Source of the DNA: Eledone cirrhosa
Taxonomy: Eukaryota
DNA length: 64,000 bases
Direction: 5' to 3'
NCBI GenBank assembly: GCA_964016885.1
Contig: OZ024742.1
Span: 176,824,001 to 176,888,000 of the forward strand
Position numbers and translations under genes: made by a program. A model generated the notes under the pieces. The model had not been told where the DNA came from and ran no database searches. It worked only from the letters and a program-made list of their open reading frames with translations. Below are positions 42,982-56,469 of this stretch, piece by piece. Within the stretch, counting starts at the first letter, position 1. Every line of letters begins with the position of its first letter.

Positions 42982-44347
42982 TCCACTTCAGGTATAAAGT
43001 TCAATGGAACACCCCGATGACCGCGATCCCTATCCCTAATGTACTTCCAACTCTGGGTAACAGAGGAAGGCAACATCCACACTTACTTCTATAAAAAGGC
43101 CGCCAGCATGGACCTGTTCGTACATTTCAGATCGGCCCTCCCAGCCAGCGCTAAGTTGGGATACATAAGGAACGAACTAACACATATCCGGAACACATTC
43201 ACCGACGCTAGAAACAGAGACGCACACACCACACATTTCCTGGAAGTACTCAAACTGAACGGATACACGACATCCACCACAAACCGTACCAGAAAGAACA
43301 GAGGACACCACACCCGAGGCACTAATACTTGCTTCCTGAAGCTCCCACACTTCAGTGACGAAACAACAACAGCCATCCGCAGAGCTATCAGACGAGAGGG
43401 ACTAGATATCGAACTGGCCCACTCAGGTCCTTCTCTACGCGGAAAGCTAACCAAAAGACGCGCCACCAGACATGACAACCACTGCAGGCTAGGCAACTGC
43501 CACACCAACGACACAGACCTATGCCACCAGGCTTACGACGTATAAAGACTAGAGTGCGACAAATGCAGCATCTTCTACGTAGGTAGCACCACCAGACCAC
43601 TCCACATAAGAATAAAAGTACACCTCACTACTAACGCTTCCTCATTTAAGAAACACGTACTTAAGTGCAAAAACACCGACAAGTCCATAACAGTTAGGAT
43701 AGAAACTAAGCAAAGAAACCTCGGCAATATTAGTATTAAGGAAGCACTAATTATAGACAAAACACAACCACCAATCAATAATAGACTAGAACTCAACACC
43801 CAATTTATAACTTGATTTAGCATCTAGCCCCACATTTACACACACACCCCTCATACACACACGCATACACACACACACACACTTACACCTCCACTTAGTC
43901 TCTCTCACATACACACATACACACATAAAGACCAGTTCTAACACGAGATAGCATCTATCCCCCACATTTACGTATAGACATATCTTCTCACACTCACACA
44001 CACACACATACTTACACCTCACACATTCTCCCACACACTTAAACAGGCATGTAAAAAAAAAGCTTTTAAAGGGAGACTACTCATGATCCACCTAACCTTA
44101 ACTCTTTGACATTAGAGATAGAACAGATACTCTATACCATTTCCTGTCAGCATGACATGGCAAGCTATTTAGAACACTGGTTTAACCGCTTTACTTCACT
44201 CCGAAGAAGAGATATTATCTCGAAAATTAAGGACATTTAAATAAATCTAAGGTAAAAGACTGATTGTCAATAATATATTTTGCATTTGCATTCTTTATTC
44301 TATGTCCATACCTGCATTGTTTTGGCTTTATTATACATATACAGACG

Positions 44348-44351
<4 letters not shown>
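42982..44351 (+). mobile_element. PLE family 2, 5'-truncated 3' copy (GIY-YIG plus terminal repeat)
   Basis: Inverted paralog of 11962-13300; HFRSALP, CRLGNC..LCHQ, LECDKCSIFYVGSTTRPLHIRIK. Confidence 0.9.
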
Positions 44352-44915
<564 letters not shown>

Positions 44916-45175
44916 CACTTGGGGGCGACTGACCGAGGTGAAAGCGGCTAGTGGGTCAGTCATCCTCTCTGTCTCTGATTTCGGACCCATGGATTTTATA
45001 TATTCCTTTGTTACATTTCGAATACCTGATGATATCACCGGATTCATACGGAACAATATCTTTTGCATTTGCATTCTTTATTCTATGTCCATACCTGCAT
45101 TGTTTTGGCTTTATTATACATATAAAAACGTTTATACCCCATTGCACAATGCTTCAAGTGAACTATAACTTCCTC

Positions 45176-45240
<65 letters not shown>

Positions 45241-45289
45241 TATAGTCAAAAGAACTTTTAAAAAAATATCTATGGAGCTGTATGCACAC

Positions 45290-48200
45290 ACACTACACAC
45301 TAGAAACCCCAAAATGTGCCGCTACTCACTACGTCAGAGGTTATGCACATGTAGTGACTGTATATTTACCCATTTACCGGGTACTAGGCGCACTAACACT
45401 GCCAGCCAACACCAAATTACGCTGCCCGTACGCATAGGTCACAGTCCCAAAATGTGCCAACATTCCCAACGTGACAGGCTATGTCTGCTGACTGACTGTC
45501 CCTTCACTCATCTTTCTGGGACACAACGCACCAACAGAAAATGATCTCCATGCCAACACACAAACCACAATAAAAGCACTCCCTGCTGCAGCAATGCTGC
45601 TCCAGTCTCCTCACAAAGACATGATTACCACAACAAAAACAACAAAAGTAATCCTGCTCCAGTCTTTTCTACAAAGACACGATTACAACAAATACAACAA
45701 AAATAACAAATGAGGGAACTGCAACCCTATCCAATGGTGTAACCACAAATCCAATCAAAAGCTGCTCACTGAACAAAAGAATGTTTCTTTTTTAGCCATG
45801 AACCTGGCAAAAGAGATAGAGAAAAACATTTTAGCCATCACCCAACACCATCCTTGCTGTCATTAATTCACAATCAACAAGCCCCCTGCAAAAGTCAAAA
45901 CCAGCCACCACACTAGCCTACACATTTCTACTCAATACACACGGTATCAGCCCATCCATCAATGCACAGAAATGGAACATCCAATTCATTGCGGATTGGG
46001 TCGGTAACCATCCATTTCAGATCCCCTTCTTCATTCTTACTGAGACCCACCTTGACAACTCCCACTTGGAGGCCGAATTAAGGGTGAGAAATTTCACAAC
46101 CATCCGTGAGGATCGTGTTGGCAGAAGGAAGGGTTGAACTGCCATGTTCCTGCTTGATTCTTTTACGGCAGATGGTAACACAACATTCTCTAATGGATAC
46201 TGTGAATCAGTCACTGCGCACAACAAAGTCAATGACCTGGCATTAGTTGGGCCCTATAGGCCACCACAAACACCCATAATCTGCTTCAAACAATGCCTCA
46301 ACAGTATTAAATGTTTATTAAACAGTGCAATTCTAGCAACATACTTTTGATGGGAGACATTAATATACCCGGTGTCGATTGGTCTACATATAGTTTGAAA
46401 CCAGGCACCACAACGTCAACCACTGACAAAGAAGCTGTCGAGTCACTTCTTGACTTCATGAACGGGTTTTTCTTGTCCCACCTTGTCCTTGCACCAACGA
46501 GGCATCAGAAGAACATTCAGGATCTAGTGTTTAGTAACCACACTAATACTATACATAATATTTCAGTGTGAAAAAACCCTTCTCTCAGATCTTCTCTTTG
46601 TAACCTGAGATTCCACTAGCCGAAAGCTAATACCAGGGTCCTCTTTCCAGCCCACCCATTTGATTACATGGATCTCTACAATGCCAACTGGGATGCAATT
46701 ATGAACGAACTAGCATATGTCGACTGGTCTTTTACAAACGCACACACTTCCACCAACATCAAAACATCTAGGCAGATCTTTGTAGACACTCTCACAAATA
46801 TATGTACAAAACACACCCCACCAAAACCTGTGAACAAAACCAAGTGCAGTATCCCCCAAAAAAGAAAAACAATTATCAGAAAAATAAAAAGATAAAACAA
46901 AAAAATTAACACACTAAAATACTGCCAACAGCAACACACACATTCGATGGCTATCACCCTGCTTGAGTAAAAATAATATAACCTCCAGCAATGCACGATG
47001 ACCATCATCAATAACCAGAGAATAGCTGTAGAGAGGTGGGCCATAGAGAAAATCAACTTAACCCCAAAGTGTTCTTTTCATTTGCTAAAAAACACAAGGT
47101 CACCGTCTCCGATGTTGGTCCCCTAGTTGATGGAAATGGCACACTCCAGGACAATGCCAAAACCATGGGCGAGATACTGCAGAAACAATACTGCTCTGTT
47201 TTCAGCAATCCTAATATGGCTAATCTGGGCTGTATTAGTGATGTTAATCCCCAACACACTATATCAGACATAACGTTTGGCGCCCCTGATGTCTTAGCGG
47301 CAATAAACGAAATTAAACACAATTCAGCAGTAGGATCCGACAGGTTCCCTGCTTGGGTCCTGAAGGTGTGTCGACACCAACTTGTATCTCCTCTTGCTAA
47401 CCTTTGGAACTCACTGGACACTGGCTATATTCCTGAAAACTTTCTGTCCCAGTCCGTTTTCCCAGTCTTCAAAAACGGAAATAAGTCCCTTGCTGTGAAC
47501 TACCGTTCGATCTCATTCACCTCTCATATTATCATGGTATTTGAGAGGGTGGTGAGATCACGAATAACCCACTTTCTTGAAAGCAAATGCCTGCTGAACT
47601 CCAACCAACCTGGGTTCCGTAATGGAAGGGACTGTCTAACGCAGCCCCTGCATCACTTTGACGATGTTTTGAGAGCCTTGGGAGAGGGCTCCAACACTGA
47701 TGTCATCTACCTTGATTTCAGCAAGGCCTTCGACAGGGTTAAAAATAAGATTTTACATAAAAAACTATCCAATGCTGGTGTCTCTGGAAGGTTACTACAG
47801 TGGATCAAATGTTTCCGGACTGACAGAACCCAGCATGTTGTAGTCGAAGGAGTAAAATCAAGCCCTGCCAAAGTCAGCAGTGGCGTCCCACAAGGCACTG
47901 TGTTGGACCTACTTCTTTTCATCATCTATATTAATGACATTACTGACATCATCAAGGACAGCAACATAGGAATCTTCGCAGATGTTTCCAAGCTCCAAAG
48001 GGTCATCAATGAGGTGGGTAACTTGACTTGCCTTCAGTCAGACCTACTGGCTGTTATCCAATGGGCAGAAATGAATAATATTCCGTTGAAAGAGTATAAA
48101 TTTGAATTAATCCACTTTGGAAAAAAGGATGCTCTGAAACTACCATACTCTCTTTCTTCGGGTGAAACTCTAGTGGCATCCAATAACATCAGAGACCTGG

Positions 48201-48928
48201 GAGTAATTGTGGACAACAACATAAGCTGGGCCACTCATATAAACAGCAAAGTTGATATGGCCTGCAGAATATGTTCCTGGATTCTCAGAACTTTCCAGTC
48301 GAGAGATGTCCATACAGTTATCCTTCTCTTCTCCACTCTTGCCCGACCTCACCTTGAATACTGTTATCGACTGTGGTCACCCCACACGAAACAGAGTATC
48401 ATGAAAGTTGAAGCACTCCAAAGGTCAATTACAAAAATTATAGATGGCATGACAAGCCTTGACTATTGGAGTCGACTAGAAAAGCTCAACTTTTATTCTC
48501 TCCAACGTCGCCGTGAACGCTACATTTTCTGCATGACGCGGAAAATATTCCATCAGCTTTGCCCACATAATGTTGGCATCACCTTTAATCTACACCCAAG
48601 ACTTGGACCCCGTGCTATCCGCCAACGAGAAAAATCTCACTCGCATCTCATAACAACAATACGGCACAATTATTTCACCTCAATTGGCCCTGCACGCTTT
48701 AGCATTACAAAACACATAAAAGCAGAGACATACCCCATCAAGTTCAAGAAGTCTTTGGATAAATTCCTTCTAGATATCCCGGATAAGCCTCCTACACCCG
48801 GATATGCCAACGTAAACAATAACTCTCTGGTCGAGTGGGCCATGGTGCCCAAACACTAATTTGTAAGACTTTGCCATGTGGTGGTATTAAGTTAGCCTGG
48901 GCCAATCATGGTCGAAATCTATCAAAGT
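45290..48928 (+). mobile_element. CR1-group LINE (ORF1 relic, APE, RT), decayed
   Basis: Duplicated HPKMC..C..C.F.H motif in the ORF1 region; APE motifs ILTETHL, GPYRPP, LMGDINIP; RT ORF 47036-48859; ends at (TA)n. Confidence 0.88.
47036..48859 (+). pseudogene. LINE reverse transcriptase, 607-aa open stretch with a mutated catalytic motif
   Basis: NYRSISFTS, QPGFR, YLDFSKAFDRV, SGVPQGTVL, FADVSKL (expected FADD), RPHLEYC, LQRRRERY. Confidence 0.88.
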
Positions 48929-49586
<658 letters not shown>

Positions 49587-49589
49587 AAG

Positions 49590-49803
49590 GATCGATCGAC
49601 TTTCGTCAAATCGGACCGAGGAAGCAATGTCTCCGTTGGTCTTTCCAGTTGCTAGTACTATCTATCGGTCGCAACTCCAGGTAGAAGGAGCAACGTGAAA
49701 TAAAGTGTCTTGCTCAAGGACATAACGCATCGCCTGTTCCAGGAATCGAACTCAAAACCTCAAGATTGTGAATCCAATTCTCTAACCACACAGCCACACG
49801 CCT
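49590..49803 (-). mobile_element. tRNA-derived SINE, family C
   Basis: Reverse complement: ggcgtgtggctgtgtggttagag (A box)..gagttcgattcctgg (B box)..tgtccttgagcaagacactttatttcacgttgc. A related plus-strand relic lies at about 54040-54240. Confidence 0.75.
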
Positions 49804-49804
49804 G

Positions 49805-50010
<206 letters not shown>

Positions 50011-50261
50011 AAAAATAAAAATATATATGTTTAATATGCCAATCATTGAAGAGTTGAATCTATCTGACATGCAAAAAAAAAAAGCATATATATATGAATA
50101 CCGAAAGCTCAAATCATTGTAGATACAAATATCACAGAGAGAAAGAGAGGGGAGGGGATCAGGTGCAACAGGAATGGAACATGGATTACAGGTTAAAATA
50201 TAATCTAGATAAATGAAAAACATAACGAAGATGTAGTTTATGTAACACCCAAATGATCTAG

Positions 50262-50716
50262 TAGTCGACCTTCAGTAGGGTCAATAGCATTAAAAAAAGA
50301 CATGAACGACACCACAACATTTTGCTTTGCAAATTTTGAAAGTAGGTTTATAAGTATGACTTTTAATAAGATTTTCGTAGTTTTCTCTCTGGCCTAGCGT
50401 TAGGTACTAGAGACGGTGAAGATTGTGGCCTTTCGTTCAATCCTGGTCAAGAAGTACGTGTAAGCTTGTTCAGTTTTTATTTTAGATCTCATAGAAAAAA
50501 AAACTGAACAGGTTTATCAGGAACCCTACTCCCAACCAGGATCGAACTTCTGACCATGATCAACACCGTTTATGATTCCTCCATCTAGGTCGCCGGGACA
50601 GCTACAAAAGTTTAGTAAAATTTAATAAATATAAGTTACTTTCAAAATCAAAGTTAAAAAGATGTGGTGTCATTCATGGCTTTCCGAGAGCTATTAGTCA
50701 TATTTAGGGTCGACTT
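50262..50716. mobile_element. Old palindromic MITE-like element; diverged duplicate at about 51172-51475
   Basis: Symmetric pairs agtcgacc/ggtcgact, gacaccaca/tgtggtgtc, ttttgaaagta/tactttcaaaa, gttcagtttt/aaaactgaac. Confidence 0.6.
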
Positions 50717-50798
50717 GTCAATTGTCTGGCTACCTATTATTCCTATGTGTGTTTAACTATTGAATTAATTTAATTTAATTTGATTGTGTTAACGAACA

Positions 50799-50851
<53 letters not shown>

Positions 50852-51498
50852 AAAACATATATATGAATATATATATATATATATATATACAAAAACATAT
50901 ATATGAATATATATATATATATATATACAAAAACATATATATGAATATATATATATATATATACAAAAACATATATATGAATAAAGTAAGCCCAAATCAT
51001 AGTAGATTCAAATATCACTGAGAGAAAGAGAGAGAGGGAGAGATAAAGAGAGAGAAAGCCGGGGTGAAGAGGTACAACAGAAATGAAACATGGATTAAAG
51101 GTTAAAATATAACCTAGAAAGATGAAAAACAAAACGAGGATGTAGTTTATGGAATACCCAAATGATTTAGAAGTCGACTTTAAGTAGGAGCAATAACATT
51201 AAGAAATACATGAACGATACCACATCATTTTGTTTTAAAAATGTTGAAAGTAGGTTTATAAATATGAATTTTCATAAGATTTTCGTAATTGTTTCTATGG
51301 CCAAGCGTTAGGTGGGTTCAATCCTGGTCAAGATGTACATGTAATCTTTTTCAGTTTTTATTTTACATCCCATAGAAAAAAAAACTGAAAAGATTTACCG
51401 GGAACCCTACTTCCGACCAGAATCACCACCCTCTATGATTCCTCCAACTAAGCCGGCGAGACAGCTACAAAAGTAGAATCCTATATATATATATAACT

Positions 51499-51745
51499 TT
51501 ATCCCGGGTTCAATCGGGGTAAACCACAGTAAGTAAGGTACTCAAGGTACTCAATACAAAGCAGAGTATAAATATTTAATATAGAAATGGGTTCTCCAGG
51601 ACTAGAACTGTTTCATTCAGGAGAAATCATCTCCCGAATGAAACAGTTCTAGTCCTGTAGAAGCCTTTTTTATATTAAATAGTTATACTCTGCTATGTAT
51701 TGAATACCTTACTTACTGTGGTTACCCCCGATTATACCCGGATAA
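51499..51745. repeat. Fold-back inverted repeat in (TA)n, centred next to an HHR 3' half
   Basis: aggactagaactgtttcattc-aggagaaatcatctccc-gaatgaaacagttctagtcct. GAAAC-A-GTT at 51640-51648. Confidence 0.85.
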
Positions 51746-54325
51746 CCTTATATATATATAGTTAAGCATTCCACAGACACACATCTCCTCAACATAATTC
51801 TCAGGGAGATGTAGCGTGATACACTGTGTAGCAAAGTTAGCTCTTTGACTCACAGGTATAGTCTAGTCCATTTCATGGGTCTCTAATCAACTCCCCTCTA
51901 CCCAATTCCACTCACATGGAATAAGTCGAATAGAGGTTAAGGAAAATGATGCCCAACATGACACAGTGGAATCGAACATGGTATCTCATGATTTGAAATC
52001 TAACACTTAATATATTCGGAATTGTTGCTTCTACAAGAGATCCTCTATCTGATTGCTTGCTCTACTAGAAATAGCAATCAATTCCCACAAAATTATTGAA
52101 ATATCAAAAATCACATAATGTTGCTTAAACCCAGTATTGGTCTAATAGAATCATGACCATTGCTTCTTTGTTTCTATGTATGCTTACCTTATTCTAATGT
52201 ATTATTTGCATTGCAATCAACCACATAGATGGTCTATACTTTCTCGTTGGTAAATGTTTAGCGAACGCAAGTCGTTCAATAAGTGACAAAGCCACATAAA
52301 TCCTGGAGTTCAAATACACATCATTAACCATAATAACACACCACGTATGTTCTTATATTTTTATATACAGCTCTGTCTATAAATCCTTGCATTTACACAC
52401 ATATATACATAATACATTTCCTATGTCAGTCATATTGCTACAATAAGAAGTTCGCTTTTAAATCACGAGATGCTGGGTTCTAAACATACATGTGAAACAA
52501 TAAATTGTTATTTCTCCAAAGTTATTCATACATTTAATTATGTACGTCATTTGTACTTATATGCTGAACATGTATGTAATATATTCTAGAAATAAAACAT
52601 TAAAATATTTTTTAATCACTTCCATGTGTCAGTAAACGACATATATATTAGGGTGTTTCTTATGCAAATCAAAATTAGGTTCCTAAAACTAAATACAGAC
52701 CTGTCAACTTTCCCCCTCCGACGGGGAGATTTCCAAACCAGTTTGGGGTAGGCTGGAGATGCTTTCTCTCATAAAAATCGGTATAGCTTTTATTATGTAA
52801 AATCATCCCATTTTGCTTCATTTCTCTTAGTTGAGGGGCACCTATTTTCATGGTACTCCAAGTTTGCGTGTTTACAGTTTGGGAGGTATGTAAATACTAT
52901 TAATGATATTGCTGTCTCTATTGACGGCACGAGTCCTCTAGTATCATATAATTACAAATTACATTTTGTCTATTAGATGTTACCAACGGAAGCTAATCAT
53001 ATCTGATTTGCGACAAACGATGATAGCGGTAATTTGAAACAAATAAATGAAATCATACATATCAACATGTGACAGCGTAGCTCTTATTTGCTTACTTGAG
53101 TTAATTTTATTAAAACTATCCAGATATCTTCTTGTGTAAATTTAACTTTAATTAGATTATACTACCATGTACATTAAATTAAGATTCTTTCAATATTAAT
53201 GAATTGACATATGTAATTATACTTTTTATTTTACAAGTTTCCCAAGTTTCAGAAAATTTGTGGATAGAATTAATATTGATAATGATATTAGACTATAAAA
53301 TATAAATGGTTTTCGGATTACGACTGTATGTGTTTATATATGTAGATATGTATGTACTTATATATGTATTTGTTTATGCATATATATATGTACTTATGTA
53401 TTTATTTGTATACATATATATATATATATATATATAAATGTGTGTGTATGTGTGTGTGTTTCTGTGTTTGTACACGTGTATGCTTTCGTACGTGTATTCA
53501 TATATATGATGAACACAGTATTGTATATATTCGAATATAAGTCGACTCTTATTTAATGTCTCAGAAACAGGCAACAATCTGAGACAGGTTATCAACACAT
53601 TATGTTTAGATTGGAACAATTTTGAAATTCTCAGGAGTGAAGAAGATATTTATGAAGTTTTAATATTTAACATGTTTTAAGTGTCGTTTAGAGAATAGTT
53701 TGGGTTTCATAACTGCATTACATAATGATTGTTTACACCATTTCCGGCCGTTTTCAAGACCATATTCATTGAAAACATCAAAAACAATAGGAAGTACGAA
53801 TTTTATGTCGAAAATAAAATTGGTGTAATATTCACCTCGAAAGTGAAAACACATTAGCAACTTTTGCGTAGGAATTTAACTTATGATCTTAATGCACGAC
53901 ATTATGACTTATGATCATAGTATACAACATTAAGTCTTATGATCATAATTGTTTATACGTTAGGCACAAGGCCAGCAATTACCCAGTGTATTACTGTTAT
54001 GATCATAATGTACGACATTATGATAATAAGTCCAACACCGATTCCTGGACCGGATGTGTGTTCTTGAGAAAAATACATTATTTCACGTTGCACATGTTTA
54101 TCTAGCTAAACATGCGTACCAACAATAGCTGAGTGTATATCCCTGCGATGGACTGTCGTCATGTACAGGAGGCAGTCATGAACTCCCAGTCGCTTAACGC
54201 CAAGAAAACCGGTATAAGACTTGACTGATGAGCCATGAAGTTTCAGATGGAATTTAACTATTTGAACTTTAAAATGAATTTTCTTAGGCGGCCTGCAGTG
54301 TAATTTTATGATCCTAAATACAGTA

Positions 54326-54565
54326 TTCTTCCGCTCTGGAAACATAACTCTCATTCTCAAGCAACTACATATAGCATTCCTCCGCTTTCGAGAGTAAACT
54401 CTCTCATCCTAAAGCAACTACTCATAGCATTCCTCCACTCTGGATAGTTAACTCTCCCATACTCAAGCAACTACACATATTGTTCCTCCGCTTTCGATAG
54501 TTAACTCTCTTATTCTCAAGCAGCAACACACGGTGTTCTGCTCTGCGGTGTTAACTCTCCCATTT
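54326..54565. repeat. 53-bp minisatellite, about 4.5 units
   Basis: gcaacta at 54361, 54414 and 54467; ttaactctc..ctcaagcaactac..ttcctccgct unit. Confidence 0.85.
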
Positions 54566-54874
54566 GCAGTGTACAACCCACCTTTGCTCTCGAGACTACA
54601 TACTATATTCTACATTTGTTACTTGTACATACGTGAAATAGACAAACCGCGCCAAATACTTGCCCCATAAGTAATACAGCAATTACATCTTGCGAGTTCT
54701 CTGGTTTAAAGTCACTTTTCTCATGCCACTATGCATACTTGCCTTACTTATACTACAGCTTTGTAGATCAATTTTGTCAACTGGGGTGACCAACCAGCAT
54801 TTCGGCTGGATTGCTTGCCACAATACGAGACTGAGTTGACATAGAAATACGACGTAAACATCCATAATGTATCA

Positions 54875-55285
54875 CTCAGGCGATGTTGAGACTAGATATT
54901 ATCATGCTATAAGAGTTGACAACAAACTGGAACTAGTGATGTTATCTGTTACCTGGAAGGATAATATGGAGGAAGCGCTGGAGGGGAAATGATGAAATTA
55001 GCAGGAATTGGTGGAAGGCTGCTGTATGACGTATGGACAGATGGGGTTGGCAGCCAAAGTTTTACATCTCGTTTCTTTAGTAAACCCGACGGTTCTAAGA
55101 CTGGGTATCTATATGGATATGACTAAAAGGTACCGAACAGTAGTGTCATATTATTTATGCTCCTTCAACACCGGCTGAGGCTTAACTAACCTTACTTTTG
55201 TCACCGGGATGAAAGTGTATGTTGAAAGAAATGAAACATCCAGTGACTCCTGGATACAACACTGTTGATGTGTCCAAGGTATTAC
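54875..55285 (+). mobile_element. Decayed RLE LINE 3' end (HERO/NeSL-like)
   Basis: Translates to approximately LRLDI..LVMLSVTWKDNMEEALEGK; 3' sequence gaaacatccagtgactcctggatacaacactgttgatgtgtcc. Confidence 0.45.
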
Positions 55286-56469
55286 ATTTCATCTGTAATT
55301 GTGTAACCTGAATGTGTGCGTATTGTGTTACATCATTAACACCAATCGACTCCAATATGCAATACAGATGATGTGATTGTTTAAATATCTACATCTCTAT
55401 GTATGTTATTTGGGTGAAAGTGACTATGATGTAAGATTCGAAGCAACTAATGATTCCAGGATACAAAAATGATGACATTTTCCAGTATTTACATCTGATG
55501 TTAGGTCATTTGGATGAGAATGATTGTTGTAAAGCCCTAAACATCCAGTCACACCAGGCTATAAAACTGACGGTAAGTACAAAGTTGTACACCCGCAGAT
55601 ATCTGAATATCTACTCTTCAATATTTTCCAATGACATTCCCGTGGGCTATTTGATCGATATGTTGCGCCATCTATGATTTCTTTATAAACAAATGATGTT
55701 TTTGTGCACCAAAGTCTAGCGCGAATTGGTCCACCCAACTTACTATTAGAGGAGACTTCCAATAATTGCTAAACAGTGCAATAGAGAACCAAACCCCGGA
55801 ATCACAAAGCAAATCCTTGAACACACAGACATGTCTTCGCTAGATCTGTTAAAAGAATTGGAGCCTTTTAGAAACCAGATTGACAATGTAATTTATGTAT
55901 TTAAGTATATGTCCTACATTTAGACGAAAGATATATCAATTGAATAACGTTACTTTATACAGATATAGGACATATTTATTGTCATATCCACTGAGTAACA
56001 AACATATTCACCCACTTTTAGAGGTGCTTTCAACGTTTGTAATTGACATTTTAAAAACACATAAATCTTAAGTATAAAGCTGTGTGGTATTGTGTGGTGG
56101 CGATTATGGAGGAGACTTGAATTTCCTGTTTCTACGAACACAATTACTAACACAAACACACATACACACAAACACACACAAGACACACACACACACACAC
56201 ACAGACACACACACTAGCACACACACATACATACACACATATATATATATATTTATATGTACGTTGGCTAGATTTGCCATTTGCTAATGAAGAAATCATA
56301 CTCTACATGAAGCAAAGCGTATATGTTTCATTAGCTGTTGATACAAATGGAAAATCCTGGTTCGCTTTTACGATTATCTCAAGGACACAAACGCACACAC
56401 ACCCTCGTGCTGCAGGTCGCCATGCTATAGACTTCCTAGCAGCCAGGTCGAACAGTGCCTTGAAACAAC

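Noticed and set aside
47036-48859. Functional 607-aa RT gene
   Set aside because: The catalytic FADD motif reads FADV and the upstream APE region has stops and frameshifts; a dead LINE copy.
52648-52846. Possible small MITE (tagggtg...caccta)
   Set aside because: The terminal match is too short to support.
54326-54565. CRISPR-like regular repeats (also 39975-40133)
   Set aside because: No unique spacers, no cas genes, eukaryotic context; these are ordinary minisatellites.
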